A stretch of DNA of 55,751 bases, filler included, from Sphacelaria rigidula (taxonomy: Eukaryota), in the NCBI GenBank assembly GCA_964200075.2. It is 5 parts of 5 records of this genome, joined end to end, with 100 filler letters (N's around TTAATTAATTAA, not from the genome) between each part and the next. Parts side by side here need not be neighbours in the genome. Positions count along the whole stretch, not along the records: positions 33,513 to 44,582 come from CAXNAA020005438.1; positions 44,683 to 55,751 come from CAXNAA020005439.1; 3 more parts are not named here. The stretch is one strand, 5' to 3'. The notes beneath the pieces were generated by a model, which made no database searches, had not been told where the DNA came from, and worked only from the letters and a program-made list of their open reading frames with translations. This document shows positions 34,264 to 47,569 of this stretch, piece after piece. Position 1 is the stretch's first letter. Each line of letters begins with the position of its first letter. The translations under genes and the position numbers were made by a program.

Positions 34264-37200
34264 CGAACATGGAAGCCACGAAAGGTAGATTGAAGCTTCG
34301 TCACCGCCTTCTCGTCGAATTGCCCGTTGACGTTCGCAGCCTGGACACGATGTTCCGACTCTGTCCGATGTGCCTTTCGACTCTCCCGCCATTGACACCA
34401 GGCGCACCGAATCTTTCTGGCCGCCTCCTTTCTCTGAGGCGAGCTTCCAGGATCTCCGCCTGACTGACTTCCCCCTTCATCCTTCTGCTCCATGTGGGGC
34501 TTTCCGCCGATTGTTTTCCCTGCGAGTGAACCAGTACAGGATCGCACAACTTCGTCTCTCGCGCTTTCCACCACACTTTGATCCGTCCGGCCACCCTCGA
34601 CATTGTAGTGAAGGGAAAGTTGTTCTGCCACAAGTTGCTCGCGTTCGCGTGCGTGTCGTTCTCGGAGTTTGAAGTCCATATCCAATCTTTCTACAGAGCG
34701 AAGGACTGCGTTGGAGTGTGCATCTACCACGCCTTCCCGTACCGGGACTCCAGGGATACTTCGGGAGGGTGCCGACTCCACACTTTTGCGTTTTGTGCCA
34801 ATCGTGGACTCGAGATTTCTCTCCTCCCGTCTGTGTCGACGTTTCATCGCTGCCCGGTGTTCGCGATGCGAAAGGCAAACTTGACGAAACTTTAAATCGG
34901 CAGCCAACATGTTCCCAGAATCATCTTGTTGTTCAGCATCCGAGCTGTACGTGGTGGAACATTTTCTGTAGTGTTTCCAGCGCCATCCAGCTGAGATAAC
35001 TTCCTCCCATTTTGCTGGAAAGGGAACATCGGGAAGAGCGAAAGATCTGCCCGACCAACGGCCTGTACTGGGAAACGTACAGCCGCAAGAAGCGCAAGCT
35101 ATTGGCAACACAACGCTATCGCAAGCTTTCCAGGCAGTGCACTTGGGTCGTGCCACTCCGCTGGCTGCGGCTCGTTCTTCTGTGTTCCGATGGGTCCCAG
35201 GATTGTCGCGAGTCGCATCTCCGACTCTTCCGTGACCGGTATTTGCATTTACCGCGCACCAAGGGCACTGCGGCTCGCGAACGTCAGAACTAGCAGGCGG
35301 GGCTAGAGCGATGGCGTTGTCGATCAAGAGTGGCTCGATGCCATGAGTAGTGTTTGGAGATGGTACAACCGTTGATGAACCTGGGTCCTGGTAGCGGACA
35401 GGCATTGTCGATGCCGGGGTCTCAAGGAGGAACGGAAGAACCAAATCAGCCCTTCCGATGTAATTGTTTCGCCCCGCTCGCCAGTGAGCTTGAATATCCA
35501 CCATGCTGCCGTCTATTTTCGTCAGCTTCGGCAGTAGACATATCCGAACGATAAGGAGCAGTCGAAAGGGGCGAGGAGTGCGGGTAGGGGCGTAGGGGAG
35601 CGTATTTTACCGTGCAGCTCCTCGATTCGACCCACGAGGTCAAACAATCCTGACATGTTAGTTGCTGGTAGAGTGTGAGCGCTGAAACATGGCAGGTCTC
35701 GGTGACTGAGGCGTTTTGAACGTACTGAACCTCTTGATACTCGAGTTTCTGTCTACTGTAGGACATCATTTAAGCGATGTAAAGTTGAAAATGTGGCTCA
35801 AGTTGATCTGTAGCCCTCCACCACCACGAGCACAATTGTAAAAAGCGTTGGAAATAGGTCACCTTCGGACAGCCCAGAGCGACAGTGTCCGCATAGCATT
35901 CATATTCCGTCGCTGGGTTGTCGTGAAGACGGACCTCTTGTAAATCACCGCAAGCCCGAAGGCACGAAGAAAAATCTCGGGGTGTCCTGAGACGATTGAA
36001 GCTAGCATCGAGAGACCGCAGTAGCGGGCATCCTGCGAGGGACCAAACACCACCTAACGTCTCCAGCATATTATCCTGGAGATGGAGAACCTCCAAGGAT
36101 GGTAACCACATGCCTTCATCGTTATCCTGAGGGTAAGCCCCATCGTTGATCTCCTCCCTCTCTATGCCTTTGCTCTCGTTTGCTCTCGGTATTGTTCGGG
36201 TGACTTTCTCTCGCGTCATTCCGTTTCTGCCGCTTGAGAGATTTGAGGCACAGGGTTCCCCCGAGGTAGTACGTTTCGGCGCGCTGAGTAGAGACCCCGA
36301 CGGCGAGGTTGATTGTGACAACCGGGGCGGTGTAGCCCAATTCTCCATGCTGCTGATTCTATTCCCGCTTAGCCAAAGCTCGGTGAGTAAAGGCAGACGC
36401 AGCGGTGCTGGGGGCTCCCTCAGCAAATTCTGGCTGAGGACCAGAGTAGAAAGGGATGGGCAACATTCCAAACTTCGCCCATCTAGCGTCTCCAGCTGGT
36501 TTCGCCCAAGATCCAAGTGCGTAAGAGAACCAAATGCGTCCAATGCACGGGGATGCACGGACACAATGCGGTTATGGTACAAATCTAATCGTTGCAACCC
36601 TCCCTGCTCCGACCATTCACCTATTGAACACGCCAATGGCGACTTCGCTGTTCTGGACTTTGAGCCCGGTGTGTTTTTCAAAGGGTAGTGGGTTGGCGCG
36701 GCGATCGATAAAAGGCAGGCTGCGAAACCTGCTGGTAGTTCTCGAATGTGGTTGGTGTTCGCTGAAAGCTCAACGAGGGCGGGTAGGTTTTCTAGTTCGT
36801 GTAGTGAAGTGAGGTGGTTGATATCCAGTCTCAGCTCCCTCAGGTTGGGTAGCCCGGAGAGTCCTCGGAGAGAAGATAGGCGGTTATCCCTGCGGGTCAA
36901 TAATGATGGGACGACGATCCAGAAACGGCAGGGGTTAGAAACATGGGGAGCATAGAAAGATGTCAAAAATGTCAGAAAGTGGAGGTTGAATGTAGTAGAC
37001 AGACGTGACCCACGGCCAGCGTCTTTGTGTGATTCCACGGCTGTCGGGTATAATATAGCGGCCCAAGCACACGGGCCGATGAAACGCTCACCCGTAATTC
37101 CCGGAACAAGTTGTGAAAGACAAGACGGAAAACGGACACGTTGCAATGTGGACTGTCTTCGACAAACGGACACCTGTCGCTAACCTGAGTTCCAGTCGCA

Positions 37201-40200
37201 CTAGGGCTGTGTTTTCAACCAGGTCAGCTGGTGATGACAAACGGTTGACATTCAGCGAGAGAGATTTCAAGGAAGTGCACTCGCGAAGCAGAGAAGTCGA
37301 CGTGAGCCCTTCCACACACAGTTCCAGCTCGGCGATGGTCGGCAATGGCCCTAGGTGGGACAGCATATCTGGTGTCAGGCAGCATGTGTCGCCGTTGTCT
37401 CCGTTGGATGATGCGGTCTCCTTCTCACTCTTAATTTGTACTCGATCGGCTCCCTTTGTCCCGCTCACTTTGCTCTTGAATAGTCCCATAGAACGACGGA
37501 ACGCAGCGGACGTACTGCGGCGACACTCCAAAAACTGGTGCAAGAGTCCCTTCAGTCGCTTTCCATATTCCAGACGACGTCCATAACGTGCTGCTACCAA
37601 ATCCCTACCCCAGCCGAGTCCTTCAAGCTCGGCACACCCCGCCATGTCCTCAGAGGATACGGTTGTCTTCTTCCCGGAATTTCCAGCGTTCGTGTTTCCA
37701 GGGCGACAAAGCAGTAGTCGTCGGGCCGCTACTAGCCCCTTTGGATCCATAGCTCGTTGTAGAGGTGTTGACAGAGCGCGAGCACGGCGGAGGGCAGCTT
37801 CTGCTTCCCTCCTGTGCTGAGCATTCCAAAGTGACGATACCGTGTCCTCGGAACCCATGTTGTTTCTTTCCTCAAGAGTCTTATCTAGTTCGCATCTGAG
37901 TGGCGGATGGGGAAGTAAAAAATAATCACAATTGTTTGACAAATTGTACCGTCGCTAGCCGGAAATAAGCAAGCGGGTGGGACATCCTTCCCGATTAAAT
38001 GATTCATAGTGTGACCAATCACAAAACATAACACGCACATCCGGTTTCAACGGCCTCAGATCGGTCAGATGAGCAAGGCACATCGAGAGAATCAAGACCG
38101 AGAGAGAGTGCCACGCCCTGTCCAACATGCACTGAAAATCACCACGAGCGGCGCATCGAAATCGGACGTTTAACGATGTTCCAGGCCCTTCGAAACGCCA
38201 ACGATCACGGATCTGATGACATCGAATGAACGCACCCGTGTAACACGGTGGACACAGTAACCCGACAACCTACCGTTCTCGCGCAGTGCCATCTCTGCTC
38301 AGATCGTCCTCAACTTTCATCGTGCGGAGCTCTGCAGAGCGAGCGTTTTCTCTTCGGACGAGCTCCCGTGCCGCCAAATCTTCTTGGTGCATTTCACCGC
38401 ACTCTTCCGCCTGACGCCGGATCATGTCTGCAAGGCGAGAGTCCTCAAGCTCAAGATCGAGCAAAGCTCGCCCTCGCCTCTCTTCGGCTCGCATGCGTGC
38501 AAGCTCCTCTTGTCTCGCAATCTCCTCACGCCGGGCTAGGCTGATCCAGCAGCGTCGTGTTCTCTCTTCATCGCTCCTGAACAGTTGAAAAAATTCCAGT
38601 CAACTTGTTCCCATGGGTATTGAAAAGCGATGTGTGGGACCTCAGGGGGTAACATCGAGATGGTATGAAAGACACTTCCCACCAAACGTGCCAGGCATCC
38701 TACAGCATGACCTGCTGCCCCACGTGCGCTTCGGACAAGGGGTATATACCTCATCGCTTTCAGCTCCGCCTTTTGTCGCTCATGTTCCGCTGTTGCCCGC
38801 TTTGCCTCCACAGCGGCAACACGAATACAATCTTCTTCTTCTTTCTCCAAGCAGCGTCTTTCGTGCAGCTCTCGTCGACGCACCAACAGCACTGGAGTGA
38901 CTACTGCTCTCGCACTCCAGCCCCTCCATATGGCCTGGATGGTCTCCACGGACTTCATCTGCTTTGCTCTTCATTCGGCACACGGACGAAAACACAGGGA
39001 ATGTTCACCAAGGCCAGGCAGCCGAGCTATGTTTGTCAGAAGTTGCATAGGTTATGAACCACGCCCGTGCGGTAGGCCGAATGCCGTATCCGTGGGGAAC
39101 GTTTGACTGTCTGAGGATCACTGACACGCCACCGACCCTAGTCGTTGTGGGGCAACTGGTCGGGAAGACGAGGCTTGCTGGTATCAGGAGGAAACGTGGC
39201 CGTCGATAACCAGACTGATGCAAGGCTGGAGCGATATTGCTACTCTAGCTATAGATCGACGTGTCTGAATCAAAACACATTTCTGCTCTCACCGCTGGAG
39301 CTCGTGACACCATTTGTTTCGTCGAGCTCGCAGCGCCCTTTCCTTGTCCCGCTCAATCCTCTGTGATATCTGCACCTCTGCCACAGACGCTACGACATGG
39401 TCCTGTGCTACGTAACCACCAACTCCGGTATCGACGCCCTCATCTGCGTTTTCACACACCTCCCGCATGTGCTTCGCCATCTCGTTTTCGTGCCCAATAC
39501 TCTTCGCGGAAGCGCTCTCGAACGCCTTCAAGAGCCAGGGAAGGTCAGACGCAAGAGGCGGGACAGAAGTTGCGGCCGCCAAACTTGTCCTATTTTCGAA
39601 GCACGACTCTTCCATGAGTGGCTTCACGCTGTAGCGTTGCTTCACAGCCAATGGCAGGCACTTGCTCTTTCCGACAGGCAATATCTGATCGCCGCGGTTG
39701 AAAGTTCCAATGGCGGAAGAGGTTTGATGCTGATTTTTACGGCTGTCATTCTCAGATCTCGACGTCGCTGTAGATGGCGACACCAACTGTGGCTCAGCAG
39801 CTCCTTTCGGTACTGTCCAACACCAGCGTTCACCTGAGAGGACTTCTGCTTCATGTGGTATTGTGTCGTGCCCGGTGATCGAACTGTCAAGGGTAGTAGC
39901 ATGCTCATGTTCGTGCTTGATGACGGGTGCTACAGCGCCATCGATACAGGTTATGCTGTCGTCGTCACCAATGGCGGTCCGAGAGCACTCTGCGTGGGGT
40001 CGATCACGAGTCAGAACAGATGTAGAGGATGTTGATTTCTCCTCAAGTGTTGAGACACCCAGCCGGGTACAATCTGCGTCTGCTAGGCCACCGGGAGCTG
40101 CTGGAGAGTCAACACTCGCACCGACAGCGCCGGTGCCGTATTCGGCGGTACTTGTTACCTCACTCAACAAAGCTGGAGCTCTCTGTACCCCTTCCTCTCC

Positions 40201-40518
40201 TTGTTTGGCAGCATCCCCACGAGACGCTGTGCACACGGGTGAGGGAGGAGTCACTAAGATCGACGCATCCGACAATCGAGCCGCTGCTTCTTCCATATAC
40301 CGTCTGATGCCTTCCGCGGAGGAGATGAACTCCGGCCATCCAGATAGAGCGCCGACCTCGGACGTACGACTGCCGTCACTAGCAATGTCAACATGGAACT
40401 CATCTTTGAGCTCGTCGCAGCTGTCTTCTCTGTTCTCATCATCATCAGAACTCTCGTGCTCGTCGGAGCCATCATCTGCGTTCATTTCGTCCCAGAAACA
40501 TTGCTCCTGCCATATCAT
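34251..40518 (-). CDS. Leucine-rich repeat and IQ-motif protein (LRRIQ1-like), six exons, 1587 codons, probably 3'-partial
   Basis: Exons 40518-39293, 38968-38750, 38576-38274, 37895-37185, 36889-35863 and 35525-34251; GT-AG, phases 2,2,2,2,0. Acidic N-terminus, IQ motif IQAIWRGWSAR, charged coiled coil, many LxxLxLxxNxL repeats (e.g. LRELRLDINHL, LTHLDLGRNQL), LRR cap NPATE...CPK|LTKIDG spanning an intron, and IQ-like LQSTFRGFHVRQ. Confidence 0.88.
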
Positions 40519-41081
40519 CCGTGAAGAGAGAGAAAGTATTGGTTAATCAGAGTTCATTGCTATTTTTGGGCCGAGCAGAAAACTCCGTGCCACCTTGCTC
40601 TCTCACTCCACTTGGTGCATGATGACGCAGGCCTACACGGGCGTTCACATCCCGAGGCAGTGCACCTTGCACATTTAACATACTTCCACTTTGTCTCGTG
40701 AACCCAACCACTATTACAGTATAATAGACATTTGAATCGGCTGGATCAGCTGCAGCATGCGCATATTGGCGTCAGGCATACGCACTGCCCGTAGAACGTA
40801 TACAAGCCGGGCCGGCCAAGAGCTCGGGGACTACCATCACTGCCCCGTGGAGCTGAACGTTTCGAAGCGGGACATGACAGTTTTGCACGTGATTCTCAAG
40901 ATGCTCGCCGGACCATTCCGACGCCCCCTGCACCTAAATTTCCGCCGACATACGATAAGCCAATTTGGTAACTGGGAGAAAACAAAGTTCAGAAGGCGTC
41001 TGCAGGTGCCGGCGAGTACCTTGCAAATCACGCATCGAAGTTTCCGAGGCTTTCCACGTGTAGAGCACGTGTGGAGCAACA

Positions 41082-41758
41082 TCTCACATGATCATTTACG
41101 AATCGGGCACAAGTCCCATATGCCCATCTTTGAAATGGATGGCAAACGCAAAAATCTCACATGACCATCTTTGTATCGGACTGCAAATATAAAAATCTCA
41201 CTGTGCTGGCTTTGAACCGGGCATACGTCTCACACGAGCATCTTTGTGAACCGGGCGACACACGTAAAAATCCCGCGTGATCAGCAATGAATCAGGCGCA
41301 AGGTTCACATGAACATCGTTGAACTGGACGGCAAAAATAGGAATATCACATCACCACCTTCGAACCGGGAAAAGGCACGCGTAATTCTGCTGGATATGTA
41401 CGTAATGACCAGAACCGGAACATGATTTTCCTCGAAGCGGAATACAATGGTGCTCAAACGGTACAAAAATCAGTGAACCGGCACTTGTCCTTCTGAAACG
41501 ACACTTTTAATTCAGAAGCGGCATGTGCTGCACCGACGCAGGGGTTTTGATAGGGCGAACCGGGTCGGCGGATCCATTCCGGTCGGTACGGGAGTGCACG
41601 TGATCGGTTCCCCCGAAAATAGTCACACATGACCATCATTGAAGTGGACAGCGTACGTGAAAATCTCACATGGCTATCTCTGAAGCGGGTACAAGTCTCA
41701 CATGTTCATCTTCGAACCGCATGGCAAGAATATAAATCTCACATGGCCATCCTTGACG
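41082..41758. repeat. Array of ~12 copies of a 25-bp core with two linker lengths, split by a ~250-bp interruption
   Basis: Core TCTCACATGACCATCTTTGAACCGG; linkers of 7 nt (GCACAAG-like) or 16 nt (A.GGCAAA...AAAA); 8 copies at 41082-41370 and 4 copies at 41622-41758. Confidence 0.8.
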
Positions 41759-43389
41759 CGTTTTAGGAATGTGGGCATGTGAAACGACACGTGTAACGCG
41801 GGTTATGTGAACAACCTTGAACATTTCAGGTCCCAACTCGATAAACGGCGCTCCGTGTGGCGATATGTGCAGCAAGATCGCCCCACACACACAAAAAACT
41901 TACAAAACACTTTGGGGTTCGTCTAGAACTTTCGAACGATGATGAATCACGGCATCAGACGTTCACCGCTTCTGTTCTCGTCTTGTGAGTTACACGCTCA
42001 GAGCGTCCAGATAGATTCGGAATACGGTACATGTTTCCATGTGATTTTTTCAACGCGTCGGACAACTCATGGGCTACCTGAATACTACTTCGGATAATGA
42101 GCTAGCTCAATTTCTCGTTTTTGCATATTTGGTCCCTATAGCACTGGACAAGAAACACGAGGAGTAGCGCAAAGGTAGTGCTTTGGCTTCTCGGACCTTG
42201 CGGTCGACATATTTTGTGTTCTTCGACAAGGAATATCAAAGTCAATTTTTTCAGAAGAGTAATATAAAGGTCTGGACAAAAACAGAATGCAGTGCCAACA
42301 CGGAGCAGGGAAACCCACGACACCAACCTGGCAACCTCGCAAGCCAGATGGCCGCGCGTGACCGCCTTGTCTAGCCAAGAACGATGATGCACCTAGTTTG
42401 CCCTGACTCAGTACCGCTCATAAGATGTAACTATCAGACACAATGTGGATGTGCTCCGTCGCCAAAAATGCCGGCGGGACAAACTTATAGATTTCAGCAA
42501 AATCGGTGGAGCAAATGCTCGGATTGAAAGTCCGGATTTACGGTGGATTCGGACCTCCGTCGGATTTTTACTTCAACCGGTTTCAGTTTTCATGGACGGG
42601 TTGATGAATTCTGATGGATTCACAAATTTTCGGACAAATGTACATTCTGTACTTCCATTGTAGATGTTGCATGAGAGCTATTCAGTGTTTCCAGAGTATG
42701 TTCAGTACTCAGTATTCCACAGTACCCGGACCATCGACTGCCGAAAATACCGGTTGGTCCAGACTACCTGGAGTATCGACTGTCGCTATGGTGCTTTGCC
42801 AGACGTGCGATAACCGGCCTTTCTTCTGTTGCTACCGGGGAGGCTACTTGGTCAGTCACCCCGGCCATGAATGGTGCGGCTTCCAAAGATGAAGTACTAC
42901 GAGCGGGCACCTCCAGCTCCATGAGAAAGAGTTCTTGCGGAGGAGGGGGGTGGGGAGTAGTACCCCTCCACCCGCTGGATAAAAAGTCGGAGGGGTACGG
43001 CGTTCGTCCCATATCACCACACACACCCGCTCAACCCCCCCAACCCCCCAGCCCCCTCCTCCCCGCCGAAAAAAACGCACTGAATGTCAACTTATGGGGC
43101 CTTCATAACTAAATTGTACGGGCACCCTTGGTGGGCCAAAGTTATCACGTTTTAGACCTACTGTACCTACATCAAATATATCTCTCGCGAGTACACCACT
43201 TTTGCAAGCAGTATGGTTATAGGCAGGGGCAGTCTCTGAATATACGTTGTGTCGACCTGGGTAAAGCATATTTTTTATCTGGACGCACCCACGTCTTGTA
43301 TTCGTCCACCCACGGTATGGACTTACGATATGAACTTCCATACCCCGTATTTTTCTATTTTTTTGCATACTTTCAACCCTTTCACTTTC

Positions 43390-43663
43390 TCGGGATGAGT
43401 CCGTGGTCTCAAGGGATCAACCCACCCCTGCTCTGGGACACACCTTGCAGTTTGGTATCGCGGATTGGGTCATGACCATCAGCACTCCCGCACCGTGTCG
43501 ATTGTCGTCAATGAAGTATGTTTGCTACTCACGTGCTCACGTTTTTTACGACGGAAATCAGATACTTCTCAGACAAAGCTCAAACGCATCCGGCGGGAAC
43601 CGAACCCGTATTTTTCGACATGATTGTGTCAGTTGTATCATGAGACCACCCGGGCGCGGCGGC
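43390..43663 (-). mobile_element. Degenerate tRNA-headed SINE-like element
   Basis: Minus strand GCCGCCGCGCCCGGGTGGTCTCATGAT...ACGGGTTCGGTTCCCGCCGG resembles A/B boxes; the downstream boundary is approximate. Confidence 0.4.
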
Positions 43664-44582
43664 ATCCTGCGAGAAGATGTAATTATATGTGCAATTCTAT
43701 TGGGACGGCCGAGGCTGAGTATCATCTACTCGCAGTATTGCCTTTCGTCTGCTGAGTATTTGCCCGACCAACCCTCTCTGCTCGTGACTGGCCACCGCAT
43801 TCACCCCGAAATCCGTCTCGGACGTGTTACAGCGGGGGATATCCTCCTCCAGGGAAGGTTAAGCCCTTAGAATGTTAGCTCTTGTGGTGAACACGACGAT
43901 ATTATCATCTACATGATATTTATCCCCAAGGTAGTCTGCGCTACAATATCACACGACTAAATCGTTATTTTTGCAGTCTCCGTCACTCCCACTAGTGTCG
44001 TGAAGCGGTGGGGCGCAGAGCCCCTCATTCGATTGCTTTTCATATGCATAGCTTGTTACGCTTCCCCTAGGTGTTGGGCCACGACTCCATCATCCAACGT
44101 GTGTGTTGAGCACGTTGTAAAGGGTTTTGAGCAGATTTACATTTGTTAAGAGGGTAAAGAGGAAATTTGTGATGGTCAATCCGAACCGACACTCCTTATG
44201 TTTCGCATTACGCAGAACTCTGTGAGGTACCGATTCGTAGAATAAACAACCTACTATTGATCGAACGTTCCACGCGCAAGCTCGCCGATGCTCCATCATG
44301 TTCTCAACTTCGTTATTGTTGGTGTCAATAAAACCTTTTTTTTTCGCCGTTTCCTCGTTTCGAGATGGTGATTCACGTGTTTTTCTGCCCGAATAAAACA
44401 CAGGAAATCATGTCGGTATGAAAACCCATTTATCGTAAGCGTTCATTTGATACAGGTTTCGGGAGATAAAGTATGGGGCGTCACTTCACCATGCGAAGGT
44501 GCAAACCATACAAGGGTCGGACAAATAATGATTCCTCTGGAAATTACTTGGTTTTAGTATAATGAGTCGACTCGTGACGAAT

Positions 44583-44682
44583 NNNNNNNNNNNNNNNNNN
44601 NNNNNNNNNNNNNNNNNNNNNNNNNNTTAATTAATTAANNNNNNNNNNNNNNNNNNNNNNNNNNNNNNNNNNNNNNNNNNNN
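44583..44682. other. Artificial contig linker
   Basis: Same 100-bp N/TTAATTAATTAA/N spacer. Confidence 0.97.
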
Positions 44683-45397
44683 TCCCCCCCCCCCCCCCCC
44701 CCCCCCCCTCGCCCCTAAAATCAACTTCGACACTCTGGGGGGTGGTTCCTTCATAATTTTTCTCTTTGTGTACTGTGAGTCTGTGGTACTAGCCGTGATC
44801 GATGTTGGGTACGCATGGACTGCACTCTTTTTAGGTTGATTTCGATAACGTACATCATTCTCTGCGCTAGCGACCAACCAGCAAAACGCTCTTTCGCGAG
44901 TGAGACCGGGGCCCAGAACGGTTGAGTGCATTACGTGTATTCAAATGTCTACTACTGTTACTTTAACCCACACAGGGTTGGCACAACATGTGTTGACTTG
45001 CCTCTTGTGTCAGTGCATTATGCAGTCGGCATCTGTTAAATATACTAGGTCATCGAAGTATTGCATCGAGCAGTTTATCTTGTACATCGATCCGTCTATA
45101 GTGCGGAAAAACTGTCAGACTTTCAGTCCACGAAGAAGTTTTGACTTTTCTCAAGAACAGAAATTATAAATTTGACAAATGTAAATCCATTTGCGCGCTC
45201 GATTGTATAAAGCTGAAATCTGCTGGGTCGAGATATGCTGGTGAATTCAAGGCTGAATTAACTTGTCGATTACCGGACAGCAGCTCGAAGTATGCGGTTG
45301 CTGCGTAGGTGCAGATAATGATCTGATACAGCTAGGTTGTAGTCGATCGATCTTCATATCCGCCAACTGGAGTGGGGTGGTGGTTCCAGCAGCTTAC

Positions 45398-46224
45398 CCT
45401 GACACGGAGATTGGTTGAGCTTGTGCCAACACGAGGTCCGTGCGTGTCGTGATTGTAAGTGTCACATTCCTTCTGATGAACCCAGCTGCATACGCGAGAG
45501 CTGTCCTGAGCTCACAGCCCCCGGGCTCTCTGTCTGGTCCACAGAAATACGCCAACTCTTCGGAAGAAAGCTCGAGAGCGTTGATGTCTGACGAACTATC
45601 GACCTGGTCGGGACGATGGCGAGTTCCAACAAGAGCCTCGGTACACGCGTCGTGATTTTTAGTAGGCAGCGGTGCTCGAACATACCTGTGACTATGATCC
45701 CTGACGACGCGTGTTGCCGGCATACTGGGGTACAACCGCGGAGTTAGGGTCATCGGCCTCGTTCAACTGATTCATGTCAAAGAGACGGTGGACTGCTACT
45801 GTACTGTGCTATACCGATGCTGGGCGCATGATTGGGCATGTAGTGCACATGTTTGGGCAAGCAGTTGTGTGCATGTTTCGGTAAGTATTAAAAAATGAAA
45901 AGTCTGTGTGTTTCTGGGTGGGTGTGTATGTCTGTGTACGTTTTCATCTCATTTCTTGTTTACTCCTGCACGTTTCGGGGTATGTGGGCGCGTCAGCTGG
46001 AGACGCATATGCCTAAGCAATAGAATCTGACCGGAAGAGCACGTCTGTTGATCAAAGCGATTGATCCAGGTTACTGTACGCACGCTCTCGTTCCAGCGCC
46101 ATATGGTGATCGGAATGAAACCGTGAGGTCTACGTAATGAGCCTACCTCGATGACCTTGCGTGCTGTCGCAGCGCCAATGAGAGCCAAGCATCCAACAGC
46201 CAGCGAAGTAGCGGTTCGCTGCAT
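45398..46224 (-). CDS. Secreted protein with CSLREA-like N-terminal motif, first two exons (3'-partial)
   Basis: Exon 1 46224-46147 encodes a signal-peptide-like MQRTATSLAVGCLALIGAATARKVIE (donor GAG|gtaggc). Exon 2 45603-45398 (cag|GTC...TCAGG|gtaag) encodes VDSSSD...FCGPDREPGGCELRTALAYAA...VTLTI..DLVL...PISVSG in matching phase 0. Confidence 0.6.
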
Positions 46225-47569
46225 CGCTATCAGTGCCCCTGCAGTGGCGTCTCATGGAGGTCAACCCAACCCTCCCCTGTCTCCCTGCGAAGGGTGTGTT
46301 GCGGAAGAACCATCGAAACGTCACCACGTTCCCACCAAGCGGCAACAGTTTCGCCGCGTTTGGCAACACTTACCATCATGAGTTGTACCGCAGTTTTTAT
46401 CGCGTGCACCCCCTCGAACGGATGGATCATACACGTACATAGCGTAGAGTGTCTTCTTGAGTGGTCCTATCATTTCCTTTGAAAAATCACATCGGTCCGC
46501 TCTGCGATTGTATTTTTCAGGAAGCGAGGCGCTTCGTGAGAAGACGAAGTACACATGTGAAGTGTGAAACCGCCGGAACACTGTCAGCCCAGTGCAGCGA
46601 AGTACGTACAGCGTACCGAGTATCCAATATTGACGGTTGTAGATGGGATGGGCAAACGCATGGGACCCCTCGTACTGACTTTCCCACGATTGCTCGCGAT
46701 TACTCGGCACACAACTGCGGGCATGACTGCGGCACCCGCCACACAACTGTGGGCATTTTGCGCTACGTTCACCGAAAAGTAAAACACCCACCCAGCATGC
46801 GAGAGAAGGCGCAATACATACCATAAGTATTCCACTGCGCAGCAACTGTAATAAAAGTTCAACCACGGGCATAGAAGTCGGATAGGACCAAGCGAGAGCC
46901 ATTGATTAACCAGCCGGCGATTGTTGGGCGGAACTTCAGTGCGGGCGTAGAAGGCGATCGAAGATTTCCCTAGGCGCTTAAGTGAGAATGGCGAGCAGCA
47001 GTTCAAAAGCCGCGCTGCTGGATGTACAACTGCAGGGCATGAGAGAGGAGGGCGGGTGTGATGAGCGGCATTCAAGATTTTTCACGTCCTCCTGCTCAGG
47101 TACATCCCAACGATGCAGATATAGCGTTGAATTGCGATCCGTGTTTCAGCTGCTGTAGTCTTCAGGCAAATTGAGTACAAAGCTACGCTACGAGCTCGGC
47201 CAGCTGAAGGTGATTCTCGCCAGCAATGAGATGAGCCCATGCCCAGTTCGAGGAGTTAGATGCTAAAATCTTGACACGACATTTTCATTACCCAACCAAC
47301 CCAAGAATAAACAGAGACTGAAAGCGATCGAAATTCCTGCAAAGATTAGGGAAAAACGTCATGCAGGCTGGGCCAGCTGACTTTGATTTTTGAATGTATC
47401 CTGGCGAAGCTGTCGGTAATTCGAAGAGTTAGGCGCTGAAATTTTTACACAACATTTTGATCATCACTACGCACAACATTTCTGGGGATGCCAACAGAAA
47501 AATAGAGCGATTTGCAGTTTCTGCAATAACTAAGTTGAGGAGTTTGGCACAGCATCCAATTCTTCGTGT

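Noticed and set aside
41082..41758. Repeat-spacer appearance suggesting a CRISPR array
   Set aside because: The repeats are degenerate, the spacers are only 7 or 16 nt and related to each other, there are no cas genes, and the context is eukaryotic.
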